This document shows positions 39,866 to 53,979 of a DNA stretch of 64,000 nt, piece by piece; positions within the stretch are counted from its first letter, which is position 1; each line of letters starts with the position of its first letter. Source of the DNA: Octopus bimaculoides (lineage: Eukaryota). The stretch spans positions 40,440,646 through 40,504,645 of the forward strand of contig NC_068985.1 in assembly GCF_001194135.2 (NCBI RefSeq). The letters run 5' to 3'. A program made the translations under genes and the position numbers. The notes beneath the pieces are model-generated. The model saw nothing but the letters and a program-made list of their open reading frames with translations. It was not told the origin of the DNA and searched no databases.

Positions 39866-42049
39866 TTGTCTCCTGAAATAATTAAAACAAGCAGAAAAAC
39901 CACACTTTCTACTATAGGCACAAGACCTGAAATTTTACAGGAGGAGACTAGTCAATTATATCAACCTCAATGCTCAACTGGTACTTATTTTTATCAACCC
40001 TGAAAGGATGAAAAGCTAAGTCAATCTCAGTAGAATTTGAACTCAGAACATAAAGTTGGAAGAAAGGCCATGAAACATTGTGTCTAGTATGTCAACAATT
40101 CTGCCAACTAACCATCTTAATAATAATACCAATTTTTAACTTACAGAGTGACAAGTAGAATCATAATATGATAATGATGATTATGTTAGTCCTTAACTCA
40201 TACTGTATTTTCCTTTCTACATAATTATCTATACTCCACTTTTTAATACTCCACACATTAAATATGCTAACACTAACTTAATATTTTTATCTACGCACTT
40301 GGGTGATTTGAGAAAATCAACAGAGCATCAGACAAAATACTATATGGCATTTATTTATATTGCAGGTTCTAATTTTGCCCAAGTTAACTTTAATTTTCAT
40401 CTTTTCAAGGTTAATAAAATAAATTTCCAGTCAAATAAGTATCAGGTCAAATGAAGTTAGTTCCCCAGCACACCCACAGTCCAAAATAAAAGAATAAATG
40501 AAAAGGAAAACTTAGCCATTTTGAAAAATAAAGAAAAATACATCAAGAGGGAAATATCAACAGATGAAATGAAAGTCAACACAGCATTTCAATAAGGTGA
40601 TAGTCAATAAAATCTTTAGTGATCAGGTTTTAACTATTATTCATATCAATAAAAATTAAAATCACCCCTATACACACGCTTGCTGTAACTTAAATTATAT
40701 CTTTTACAAATGCTAAGATAGATTTAATAAATTACTCTGATTTGCAAAAATTGAAGTTGGTAGTTAGCTTACTGCTTGCAATGTAAATAAACATTTCACC
40801 ATTTCTCCCTTTACCATTAGTGAATTGGTCAAAGAACTTTCCTTTCTTTACCCCTCATTTATAATTTTTTCCCTCCTTTTAAAGGTCAGAATAATTCATT
40901 CATTGATATCAGATTTCATGTATGAGTAAAAATAGCTTAAATGCTTTGGTAGAAGGGGCGCTAAGTGAAAACAAACAGTGATTTGGCTGAGGAATCAGAG
41001 TTAAACATATCTAAATGGAATATAATTGTCTAGTTGGCTGAGTGGATAACTCAAATATTTCATTAATTAACAAAAGCTTTACAATGATGGAAAACATGAT
41101 AATAAAATACAAATCTGTAACACAGGGATGTATTATTTCAGGTCTATGAAAAATGAATACATTTGTTTTTTTGTTGGGTTTTTATTTTCTCTTTTATTTA
41201 TTTTTTTTTTTTACCATTTTAACATTTCTTTATAATTTTCATTTGTTGCAATAATGGTTTTTTTTTTTTTTTGAATTTTTTATTTTAGTACTGACACAAA
41301 GCAACTCATTTCAAAGGAGGACAGAGTCAATTAAATCAAACCAGTGCATAAATGACATTTTATCAACTCTGTAAAGCTGAAAAGGTAATGCTGATTTGTG
41401 TAAGATCTGAACTCAGAGTATAAAGAGATGTTAAGTAAACACTGCAAGGAAATTTATCCTACTCTCAGGATTCTGCCATCTACTGCAGTATCTCATGTTA
41501 ATAATAAGTATAATTTGATTAACATAAATATTTCATTTGGCCACAACAATTACATTTCATACAACCTAGCATTTAAAAATAGATTTAGATAAAATAAAAC
41601 AAATACATAAATTACATTTTAAAATAGATGACAAATCAGTTTTAAAAAGACTAAGTAAAACTGGACTATAATGAAATGTAAAAAATTTCTGTTAGTTTTA
41701 ATTATTAACCACATTTACAAAGATAAAATTCACCAAATAATTTAAATCATTTTGGAGGTGTTTCTCCTTTAATTATACTGTTTTCACCTCTTTTTCTATA
41801 ATCTACATTGTCAGAGTTATAGTTTTTTTTTACAATCAGATGGATGTCCTTTATACTTCTACATCAGACAAATTGAAGCAATATGAATTATGTATGGACT
41901 TTGCTCAGAAGTAAAACACAACAGATTTAAGATTTGAACTTACAACCGCCTTAATCATACAGTCAAAGCGCCTCAAAATTCTGCAACTACTTTTTCAACA
42001 TCAATAAGTTTTATACGACTATTCCTTTCCACTGCCAGTAATAATCTGA

Positions 42050-42600
42050 ATTTCATTTGTTCATTAAATGCCTAGTGCAGCATTAACCTAAGATCTTACA
42101 AAGAAATGAAGAACAGTTGCCAAGAAGAATACCACCAACAATGTTTTCTTTAGATAGCTGTACAAGAAGTATGGCAACAGAAGGTTTCTCTTTTCTTGCT
42201 AAATGAGTGTGATACTGCACAGTAGAGGGACATCATAATTGGCCAAGGAAGATCTGTAAAAGCTACAGAGAAATTAGTTGGCTATGATCCACAGGAGATA
42301 GAAAACTTACTTGCATGAAAAACGAAGCACATGTAGCAGACAAACAAAACTAATATGCATTAAAGGAATCAGGTTAAGTATGCAGGTAATTCAACTAATC
42401 TGGCACAAAATGTGATATGATTGGACAATGAAAAACAGCTGCCATTAATGGAAAGTGTCTGGAGCAGAAAATTATCAAAGAGGACATGAGTGGAAGTTAT
42501 GAGACTCTGACAAGATCAAGTGGCAATTTTATTGCACAGAAGGCCCATCCAACTCACATCAACACAGAAAAACTGAACTCAAAAGAATGATCATCATGCA
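42050..42600 (+). mobile_element. Highly degenerate RTE LINE 3' region
   Basis: Remnants resembling the RTE ORF end and a cccatccaactcacatcaacacagaaaaa..gatcatcatg tail. Confidence 0.4.
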
Positions 42601-42820
42601 GATGTTTAGCCCAAGTTAGCCTTGATCTAGCAGGCCTATAATCAAAGGTCTTCTAGCTGTCATTATACCTATTTTGTGGGGATTATAGTGCATCTGGGAC
42701 TACATCATCACCCACTGTCTTTAGTATTTTTCATTTTTTTAATGATAGTAAGGTATTAGTTATAGTTAATTTAACTATTTCTAGCAGGTCAAGCAACCAC
42801 ATAGAAGCTCCCTCAACAGA
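42600..42820 (+). repeat. Old interspersed repeat family E
   Basis: ttagccttgatctagcaggcctataatcaaagg...ctatttctagcagg; related copies near 5500, 9190, 20810, 23760, 32470, 33230, 43070, 45260, 48440 and 58080. Confidence 0.6.
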
Positions 42821-45800
42821 TCATCATTGAAATCCTGCCTCCAATGACATTATTAATTATACCTCATGGCAGTGGTACTCTAGCATGACCTTGACCATGG
42901 TGGCTTGAACAAATGAAAGAAAACAATGTTATCAGTTACACAATGTCTTAATATCTTCTGATATGACAAATATATTCAACATACACTAGGTTTTCTAAAG
43001 CAAGGGTAGTGTTTGTCACTTATTACTAAATGTTCCAACAAAGGAACCTCTACATGAACATTCAACCTGCTAAAAGTATCAGCTGAATTTCTCAAAGCAC
43101 ACAAGCATCATTAACAGAAAAAAAGACAAATTGGATAATATAGTTCCAGATATACAAAGGAAAATAACACAACACAATTGGAATAGCTTTGACAATATGT
43201 TTACTCAATTAAGGCTGATCTATAATAACTGCTATTCATGTTGCTTGTGTGTGGCACCTCTCCTAATGACATTGTTCTTGCATCTCCAGACAAGCTGAAA
43301 GACCTCAGCTCTACTCGTGTTCAATTCTTCAATCTATCCTATCATTTATCTTTTTACTTACTTTCCCTTCTGCTCCAAAATTCCCCCTCTTTTACTAATT
43401 TCAGCCAATAGGATGTAATCATACTGAATGTATCATAATATCTAACAGATATTTTCTATTTGACCCTTTTACTGAGGAAATCAGATATATCCACTCGAAA
43501 TTTCATTCCCCTTAACAGTGAAAAGCAGTTTTATATACCAATCTTTTGTTGAGGAATGTCAAGTCTGAAACTATTTTTGTTGAGGTATATGTCAAGTTTA
43601 TTAAGGTAATGTAACTTACAGAAAAAAACAACTGCTTTTTTTTTTTCTACATATTTAACATCATTACTAGAATAACAAGGAAATTTAATTTCGCAGCAGG
43701 TTAATACTACTTATTCCCTTTAAATGTCTTAAATGTGATGTGGTAGTATATACTGTGGCAATCATACAAGCAGAGAAATATTAATTGACTAAATATAAAA
43801 AAGACAATTACAAAAAAAAACGGATGCTATGTTTTCATGATAAAGAGTAACTCTGTAACACTATAATTATAATGACATATTCTATATGTGAGCAACACTT
43901 AGATAAGAAAGGATATACATATCAAAATATATGGCTCACAGTCTTCTTACAGAGTGTGCTGGCCTTGGACGAGAGAATAGTACTGTTTGTATATTGAATG
44001 TAATAATTCTGTTGAGTTTAAATACTGTCAGAACATGTACATCAAATTAGCTTTTACTTGAGAGGTAAACAGATTTAAACAGTGAAAGAAAAAGAGAAGA
44101 AAAAGCTTAAGAGAGAAATAAAGTGGATAAGTGAGAAAGCTAGAGACAGAGAAGGTAAAAGAGGGAGAGAGTAAGCAGAGAGAAATAGTGGTATGTGGTA
44201 GGAAAAGAAAGCAAATGGGAGAGGAAGTGAGCAAGACAGGAGAGAAAGGGAGCTTACAGGAGGGAGAGAAAGGAATCATTTTCTCTTATAGAGTGCCAAA
44301 CAAATATGACAAGTGTGTCATAATACATAAAAATAACAAATATCAAATGCATGACAAAAGTAGACATATGACAGAATTAATGCACAACCATTTCCAGTTA
44401 GTTTTTGAATAGGTATTAAGGTGATAGAGCCTCTAATCTGAGAGAGTAATCTAAAATTTAGTTAATATATTAGTTTAGGAAACAATTAGTCAAATGCTAA
44501 GTGTGTTAATCTCACCTGCAAGAAATAACATAAATCTCTCTTCCTCAGAATAGCAAAATCTTTTACAACAAACAGCTTTGAATGGAAACTTTATCATATA
44601 TATCCATTTTTAGATATGTGAGCATGTACATTCTTTAAATATAGGCAGAAAGGCAACAGTCAGAATGCTGACTGTATGATGAATTTAACTAGAACTAAAA
44701 GGCCCAACATATATCAGTATACCTAGTCTGCTAATAGTTAAGTTTCTCTTTCAAAATGAACTAGCTGCCTGAATGCTTGATCAAATAGAACTATCCAGGA
44801 ACATTCAGAAATACAGTTGTAATAACTTCATCTTAATCTGGTATAAGATATACTATTTGTGGGTTCATAAACTATGGGATCATGAAAGCATCATGGGAGA
44901 TTTTTTTCGTTTTATGACATGTACATGTAGGAGTAAATTAACCAGAAGGAACAGATTCCTATGTAAGCTATAATCAAAGGAAGACTTCAGTCCTGTACAA
45001 AATATGATAGCACATTTACTATTAAGTACTGCTGTTTTTTATAGCGGTTATTCACTTTGAATACCAATTTAAAGTAAGGTCAACTGAACTCCTTTCCCAA
45101 TTAAATATCTAAAATTCTGGCTGTGTGGTAAGAAGTATGCTTCCCAACCACATGGTTCCACGTTCAGTCCAAGTGTAGGGCACCTGGAGCAAGTGTCTGC
45201 TACCCTAGCTCCAACAAACCTTATCACCATCCAGACCTATGAACAAATGAAGGAACCTTTATACAGGTGCTTAATCTGTTAGGAAGAGCAGTTAAATCTT
45301 CCTCACATTATTATATCCAATGATCCTAAAAGTTAGTCTTAGATACTACTAAAAAGAATGATCGTGATTAGAATGCTTCTGACCATGTTTATGTGATCAA
45401 GGTTAAGGTGGGACTAGAAAACAATAACATCCTGGCCTTGAATTTTAGTTCTAACTTTTACATTTCATTACAATCACAAACACTTGAGGAAGATTTGGAA
45501 AAGCAACACTCATTTCCTCTCTTTATAAAATTTACAGAGTGGTGGTAATGGCAACCTACTCCAGCATTCTCTGTATAGTGTATAACACAGGTATTGGACT
45601 ACTTGCTGAGATTTCATGAGTTGAAATGCACTATAAGTGTTTTGTTGTATTTCTAGACAGAACTCTCATTCTGTGGTGCCTCTGTTCACCAATTAGTTAT
45701 GGGGAGTAGACATTAGATCATTTACCTGTGACAGAGTAGTATTCTAGTCAAGAGAAGATTTATCATTCATCCACTTCTCACTATAAAACTGGAGCTAAAT

Positions 45801-45893
45801 AACAGAAACTACAAGCTCCTTGAAAGGTATTTGCATTCACCCAAGAACTATTGCATTTTCAATATGTCTATTGAAAATAAAGTGCTAATTGTC

Positions 45894-45939
<46 letters not shown>

Positions 45940-46229
45940 TATATGCAAGCACACACTGTAAATGCAACATACATGCAGACACATATATAAACACTAAATT
46001 ATTTGTGTGCATGAATTATGTTCTTCAATCTAATATACCAGTCTCCTATGGATGCAGTGTGTATATATGGTTTCATAATGCAGACAACTCCTGAAAATAG
46101 ACTGATGATAATAATTATATAGAATTATAGTCCATTAGTAGTACACAGTAGAAAATAATTTTCTCTCTTGATACATTTTTTTAAATGTTGGCAGCATATC
46201 TTATATATAAACATTTACACAACACAAAA

Positions 46230-46268
<39 letters not shown>

Positions 46269-47191
46269 TAAAATATTATATGTGTGCTTATGAACAGTAA
46301 ATATTTATAAATAAACATGTATGCATACAAAATATGCCCATATTTATTTATAAACATATAGATATATACAAAGTAGCACATGCACATACACACACGTGTT
46401 CATAGATAAAACACATACAATAGCCCACTGTGTGTATGTGTGTGTGTGTGTATACACATAGTTTACATGCACATACAAACCTACACACAGAATATACATG
46501 GACATATACATACGCAACCATAGAAATTTTATTTGCTCTGGAATGAACACATGAACAAAAGATATTTTCCATCATAATAATGGTGAGATATTCTGTGAAT
46601 GGTGAATAAACAGAAGGTCTGTAACAAGATGCCTAGAAACAAAAGGTAGGCTCAGGAAACAAGTTAGGTAAAGAGTACATGTGCAATGAATGTGATAAAG
46701 TCAGGCACAGCATTAGTGAAACAAGAGGTTAAAAAAAAAAAAGAAAGAATAGAAAGGAAGAAAATGTTTTGCTATGTATGAACAAAGGAATTACAAAGTT
46801 TGTTGTCTTAAGAGAAATGGATAGGATTTAGGTGACATGTTTAACAGGAGAGAATATGAGTGGTATAAAAAAGATGTAAATCACTGAAAAGGAAAGAAAT
46901 TTCTAAACAGTGTATATGTGCGATGGAGACATAGCCGTGCAATTAAGTTCACATAGCAATCACATGAGTTACAGGATTGATCCTGTCGTGGCACATTTGA
47001 CAAGTCTCTTCTATCACAGGCTTGCGTCAGTCTAAGCCTCATAATTTGGCAGCAAGTTCATACATAATTCAAAAGACTCAGCCTTGCTACATGGAGTCTA
47101 CCTGGAGATTATGTTACAAGTATCTATGTAACATTCAGCTACTGATACAATTCAGTGAACAAGCAGTTTCACTGATTGAATGAACACTCAC

Positions 47192-47284
47192 CAAAGTCAG
47201 TACAGGATCCATCATATATGTTACATACTACCCTGGGTTTTTCATTGTGATCATATATGTTGCATACTTGTCTCAAGTTTTTCA
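47192..47284 (-). CDS. Candidate internal exon, 93 nt, phase 1->1 (xKNLRQVCNIYDHNEKPRVVCNIYDGSCTDF)
   Basis: Acceptor ccacctacag, consensus donor TTG|gtgagt, single open frame, frame-preserving length. Confidence 0.45.
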
Positions 47285-49016
47285 CTGTAGGTGGACTTAA
47301 GATAAAAATCTTCACTTGAAGAGTGCTCCCAAAAAGAAACTCACAATATTGTGTGTGTGTGTGTGTGTGTGTGTAATATTGACTATCTCAAATTAAAATA
47401 TACCATACTTGAAGGCATAAAAGATGTATGGGCCTATTAGATCACCCCAATTTCAGCAGCAGATATTCATGTAAAAAATGGTTTTGGGATCCTAATATAT
47501 GTAATAGAGGGTAAAGTTTTGAAAATTGTAAGGAAAATAGTGCATTTTATATGCCATCAAATACAGAAAACACATTGGTGCCTTACTAAAATATAAGCAC
47601 ATTACTACTTCACTTCTTTTCTGGTAGTGAGTACTCTATTATAAGTAGAAACCATATACAGCTATCCCTGCTGCTGCTGTGTACATTTTTACACAATATG
47701 TCGGTCACATTTTAAAGAATATAAATATAAAAGTGCTCAACATGTGTTTGCTGAGAAGTGTGTAGAGTCTATTGCATGAGAAGGAAATATAATTAAATGT
47801 ATGACAAGCTTTCTGATCAAATATTTGCAATCTTCAGTAAGATGGAAAGATAAGAACTGATGCATAAATTGTTTTTCAAGATCTGAAAACTTCTATACAA
47901 AAAAAAAAAAAAAATACAAATTACTTCATGAGGTCAAAATTGTTAGTATGCAGTTTGAACTCTTATAAGTTGATGAGAGGGGAGAGAAGGCCGAAAAGGG
48001 AAAAGGAGATATATTCTTGTAGAAGACAGTTTGGAAAAATTGTTTTGCATAACAGAGTGTGAGACAGAATTGGTGACAAGAGCAACAAGGGCAATAAGTA
48101 GATTATATAGAGAATGGTAATACAGAGGTGACCAAGCTTTGAAGTACAGAGATTGCAATAATAGAGATAAAAGAGACAAAAAAGAGGATAGTGCAGTGGT
48201 GGGTCGATAACTGCAGAACACAAGAGACATTTTTAATATGAAAAGTCTATTAAATTCACACACAAAGTCGAAAATGAATGGCAGTGCAAATGAGTAGATT
48301 GTGCATTTGATGTGGACACTGTAAGCCAAGTGAAAGTTTATTGGTTGAGAATTGAAATTAGGTCAGCTGCAGACATAGTCTGGTCTGATGCAAACTGATT
48401 ACATTACAATACCACCCATAAAGTAGCATCTACATGCTAGAAGCAGCAATTAAATATCCTTAAATGACACACAATCATCTTTAAAATAAAAGCATTGGAT
48501 AATGTATTCCAGAGTACATATGACAAAATGGTCATGGCTAAGATACCTTGACCAAGAGGCATTCTCAATCAGGTATGACCTACAACAAACCAATAACTCT
48601 GGATATTCAGATCAGTAAAGTATATGATCCATGAGTCTGACAAAACTAATAATGCAAAATGTCACCTTATTTATAAGACACTCAGTACTAAAAGTACATC
48701 TGATAATTCAATACCCACATGACAATTTTCTTTATATCATTCATTCGCAATGAGAAGTTCAGTTCTCATTGTTATGAGGGATTTCAATTTTTCACCCCCT
48801 CTTAATTATGCGTAGTTTCTATGCTGATATATTGGGACTAATTTTCTCACTTTTGAAGGTTTTCATATTTTTGGAACAAGTGTTCTTATTGTTAACCCAT
48901 CATATGGTGAAATATGAGTGAACCCTATTGTAAGTTAAGGAGTAGACAAACAGAGTTATTTATTTTCTGCAAGGATACAACATAATGATTGTCACAGTTT
49001 TTTTAACTAATGTCTG

Positions 49017-49083
49017 TGTGGTCTATATATATCTGTGGTCTATATATATATCTGTGGTCTATATATATCTGTGGTCTATATAT
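49017..49083. repeat. Short tandem repeat (ctgtggtctatatatat) x4
   Basis: Direct read. Confidence 0.85.
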
Positions 49084-49294
49084 GCAACACTGCAACCTCA
49101 TATCGACTGTACCACTTTTTATGATAGTTGTTAAATTTTAGAGAGGACTGGCTTCCTCTCACCTATTTCCCATGAAAGGAAATTAGATAGGCAGGTATAG
49201 GAAGGTGTATACATACACACAAATCTATAGCATGAAAGACTAGACAAGAATAGTTAATCTCTGATGCACAATATATAGAAAACATTTGTTATCA

Positions 49295-49704
49295 TACTCT
49301 TTTACTCTTTTACTTGTTTCAGTCATTTGACTGTGGCCATGCTGGAGCACCGCCTTTAGTCGAGAAAATCGACCCCAGGACTTATTCTTTGTAAGCCTAG
49401 TACTTATTCTATCGGTCTCCTTTTGCCAAACCGCTAAGTTACGGGGACGTAAACACACCAGCATCGGTTGTCAAGCGATGGTGGGGGGACAAACACAGAC
49501 ACACAAACACACACACATATATATGCATATACATATATACGACGGGCTTCTTTCAGTTTCCGTCTACCAAATCCACTCACAAGGCTTTGGTTGGCCCGAG
49601 GCTATAGTAGAAGACACTTTCCCAAGGTGCCACGCAGTGGGACTGAACCCGGAACCATGTGGTTGGTAAGCAAGCTACTTACCACACAGCCACTTCTGCA
49701 CCTA
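49295..49704 (-). mobile_element. Near full-length tRNA-derived SINE (family A)
   Basis: Minus strand reads taggtgcagaagtggctgtgtggtaagtagcttgc...ggttccgggttcagtcccactgcgtggcaccttggg (pol III A/B-box-like head), with an internal microsatellite and a (gagtaaaa)n tail; other copies near 8735, 24620, 45119, 50010, 50650 and 52605. Confidence 0.9.
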
Positions 49705-52002
49705 AACGCACATACTGTGCTCTTCTTCCAAACATAGCCTTGCAAACCTGACATAATTCAATTACTTTAAGTTTCCATCAAGTTTTTGTCTGAGTTTACA
49801 AACTTTTCTTGCTAGCATGAGTTAGACAAATGTTACTAACAAATTGTTTTACAACTGGATGCCTTTCCTGACACTAACCCTCACCTGTTTTTCAAGTAAG
49901 GAATTGCTTATGCCACATGGCTTTCAAGGCACAAAGCAATTGGAAACATTATTGACAGAAGTGACAACACCACCACTCTAACATCCTAACTTATGAATAA
50001 GCAAGTGCAAATGTACACACACACACACACACTCATTTGTGACAGGCTTCTTTTCAGTTTCTGTCTACGAAATCCACAAACAAAGTTTTGATTGACCTAG
50101 GGCTATAGCAGAAGACACTTGCCCAAGGTGCCACTCAGCTGCACTGAACCTCAAACTTGTTAACCATACAGTCATGCCTATAGCTATTTTATATTAATTA
50201 CAAAAACTGTAAACAACTTTTAAATACATCTACAAGAACTTCAAAAGTTATTGCTGCTATAAAACCTAATCTGTTGCATACATCCCATTCCTGTCTATTG
50301 AAGGTAGCATTCATCATTTAAATCAAGATAGTATCTACATTTTTCCTGTATAATATTCTATAATTCTTTTGAGGATTGTTATTTTCTCACAACTTCCTAT
50401 AAAGAATATAAGTGTGTATATAAGTTGTCAAAATTCTAAATTATGAGACATAAAAGGACAAACCAAAGGTATACACATGAATACACGTAGACATATACAT
50501 ATACACACAGATACAGACATACACACACATACATATATATAGACTTAGATATACCAAGATACCAAGTATACTTATAATGGACATGAGAAGAAAGTTCACT
50601 ATCCAGGTATTGGGTCTTATCCAACAGTTATTAGCTTTTGTGACAAGCTCAGGCATGGCTGTATGGTCAAAAGGTTCACTCCTCAACCACATGGTTCTGG
50701 GTTCAATCCCACATGTAAAACTGAGCCATATCTTTTACCAAAGGCTCAGGTTGACAAATAACTTGCAAGTGAAATTGAATGGAAACTACAGAAGAGCATC
50801 ACACACACGTGTGTATTTATTTTCCACCATATGTATATGTCTCACTCAGTGAGAGGTACAATCTATCAGAAAACAGATAAACCAGTGCATACAAACAAAA
50901 ATCTCCCATCATTTTATCCTAATTATGACAACTAATTATGACAGTCACAATCTAAGTGAACAAAGACCTCACTTTTCTTTTGGTTGAAAGTATTCTTACT
51001 GCCCTAGATAAGATTGTTTTTGGTTTTTTTCCTTTAATAATATAACTGCAGGGGTGAAAATTAGCTTCAATACAAAATCATGTTTGTTACATAAAAAGCA
51101 AATAGATTCCAGTATAAAAGAAATGAAGCACTCCAGCATCATATGACATTAATAGGTTTATTACCACAATTGAAATATATCAAAATAGATATTTAAAAAT
51201 GGAAAGTTTTTGTGAGCAATATAGATATATAAATTCACTTTATTGTTCAGTTTCATAATACACAGAAACATAACGGTAGTTAAGCAAAACAGAACGTATT
51301 TATTTTGAACGCTGTAAACATTTGCATCCAGATGTGGTCAGATGTGAGGATGCTAGGTCTCGCAGATACAAGATCAAGATGAGTGGTGATAGGCTTTATG
51401 ATAAACCTGCACAACCCATGCCATAAAGTAAAAATCATTATGAAGATAATAATGATGATCTACCAATGCCATGTTCCCGGAAATAGGACTGTCACAAGAT
51501 ACATAGACAATGAAAAGCAAAAAATACTTGAGAAGAAGCAATCAGAAGCAGTGATGAATTAAGTAGAAGAGATGTTTTTGTTATCATTTAGCCCCAGAGG
51601 AGGTTTGACCTATAAGCAAAGGCATTTTGAGTTTAATTTTGCTCATGGAAAGGTGTTCTCAATATAGAGTTATCTTAACCATGAGTCAGCAGTGTGTTTG
51701 TCACTTGAAAAGTTGGATATGTAATTGTACAACATAACATCATTAAAAAGAAAGCCATCAGAGAGAGAGAGAGATAATAGTCACAAGACAGCCTTGAGAA
51801 GAAAAGTATGGAAGCTGAAAGATCCTTCAGGCAGAGATAGGTTCAAAGTAGTAGGTGACATGTATGATATGAAGGAGAATATAGAGCTTAGAAGATAACT
51901 GGGAGTTTCTACAAATGAACCTGCTGTGAGCCACAGACTAGATCAGTAGATGGAGCAAAGTTCCAGACAGACAGAAAATGACATTGTAATTGAATAATAC
52001 AG

Positions 52003-52390
52003 TTTTGTTGTTGGCACTCCGTCGCTTACGACGTCGAGGGTTCCAGTTGATCCGATCAACGGAACAGCCTGCTCGTGAAATTAACGTGCAAGTGGCTGAG
52101 CACTCCACAGATACGTGTACCCTTAACATAGTTCTCGGGGATATTCAGCATGACACAGTGTGACAAGGCTGGCCCTTTGAATTACAGACACAACAGAAAC
52201 AGGAAGTAAGAGTGAGAGAAAGTTGTGGTGAAAGAGTACAGCAGGGTTCGCCACCATCCCCTGCCGGAGCTTCGTGGAGCTTTAGGTGTTTTCGATCAAT
52301 AAACACCCACAACGCCCGGTCTGGGAATCGAAACCGCGATCTTATGACCGCAAGTTCGCTGCCCTAACCACTGGGCCATTGCGCCTTCAC
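52003..52390 (-). mobile_element. Young full-length tRNA-derived SINE (family B) with 12-bp TSD
   Basis: Head gtgaaggcgcaatggcccagtggttagggcagc...ggtttcgattcccagacc; TSD gaataatacagt at 51992-52003 and 52391-52402; CpGs intact. Confidence 0.93.
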
Positions 52391-52604
52391 GAATAATACA
52401 GTATGTAGAACCATAAAATGCAAGAGACAAGGATGGAAAGAGTGAGAAAAAGTAGAGAGCAGTAACAATATTAATTAACTGGAAAAGAAATTAGATATCA
52501 GGTACACTTAGCAAGGAGAAAACATCAAAGCAAGAGACAGTAAGATATCTTGTGAGTATCAAAGACATATTTTAGATTGCAAAGCAGGATATCAGTATGA
52601 ATCA

Positions 52605-53000
52605 GGATGTTGTTGCATAGCTGTGTGGTAAGAAGTTTGTTTCCCAACCACATGGTTTTGGGTTCAGTCCTACTGAATGGCACTTTGGGGAAGTGTTTTC
52701 TACTACAGCCTCAAGCCAACCAAGGTCTTGTGAGTGGATTTGGTAGATGGAAACTGAAAAGAAATCTGTTGTATATGAGTGTGTATGTATGTCTGTGTCT
52801 GTATTTGTCACCCACCAATGTATGACAACCAGTGTTGGTGTGTTGATGTCCCCATATCTTAGCAGTTAGGAAAAAGAGACCGATAGAAAAAGTACCAGGC
52901 TTTAAAAAAACTAAGTTCTGGGATAGATTCTTTTAACTAAAAATTCTTCAAAGTGGTGCTCCAGCATGGCCACAATCTAATGACTGAAACAAAAGAAAAA
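52605..53000 (+). mobile_element. SINE family A copy inside the RTE LINE
   Basis: gctgtgtggtaagaagtttgtttcccaaccacatgg...ctccagcatggccacaatctaatgactgaaac. Confidence 0.85.
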
Positions 53001-53979
53001 AATAGCAGCATATTCACCCTCTCTAAAGCCAAGAAGACTGAGGTATAAAAATATTGCAAAGGTTACTGAGTACAAGAAGGGTCATCAAGGACATGAAAAA
53101 TATTTAGCAAAGTAGGACATTTATTAGTGATGTGCATGATCAATCATGTAGTAGAGCAGCTATATTACCCTCAACTACTATAGGAACAAAGGTGATGCTC
53201 TAGAAAGGAGCTATGAGAGAAGTATCAAACTTATGGACCATATTATGAAAATAATGGAGAGAGTTGTAACATAGCTAATTAGCAAGAGAATTAATGTAGA
53301 TAAGATGCAATTCAGATTTGTGCTAGAACAGGAAACACCAATGTCATCTTCTTAGACAACTACAGGAGCAGCTTTTAGCTAATAGCAAGTCACTACCTAA
53401 AAGTTGTTCACCTGGTGAAGGCTTTTGACAGGGTTCCATTCTGTGGTCTGATGGTCACTAAGAAACTAGATTTACATGAATGGTTCATAATAGCTGAGCA
53501 AGCTCTGTATAGCAGTGGTTTCAGTAGATGAAAACTAGTAATGAAATCAACTAGGAATTTAGTGTACATGTAGGTGTCTATCAGGGCTTGGTTCTTAACT
53601 CCTTCCTGTTTATCATAGTTCTCTAGGCCATAAGTTGACTATGAAAATTCTTGTATGCTATCGGTCAAGTTCTCATGGCCAAATCACTCAAAGTATAAGA
53701 GGGAGAGTTCCAAACATGGAAGTAGAGCCTAGAATCAAGAGTTATAAAAGTAAATCTAACAAACAAAAAAGTTTTAGCGAACTAGAAAGAACACAAGACT
53801 ACGGCCAACTAGTAAGTGGCCATTCATGCTCAATATGCAGAAAAGGTCTAGATAGGAACTCTATGATATGTACTCTACATAAACTATGATATACAAGAGA
53901 TACAATGGACTCAGACAAACTAACAGAGAAGAAATTTGCATGCAGCAGATGCATAGAAGTAGCTGAATTGTTTCAAATA

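Noticed and set aside
47800-47840. Minus-strand CUGAAGA...GAAAGCUU hammerhead-like spacing
   Set aside because: Helix II and stem I do not pair; chance match.
47960-48330. 128-aa minus ORF with a SYRPTTALSS segment
   Set aside because: Probably a decayed LINE RT (YRPISLL-like); not supportable as a gene.
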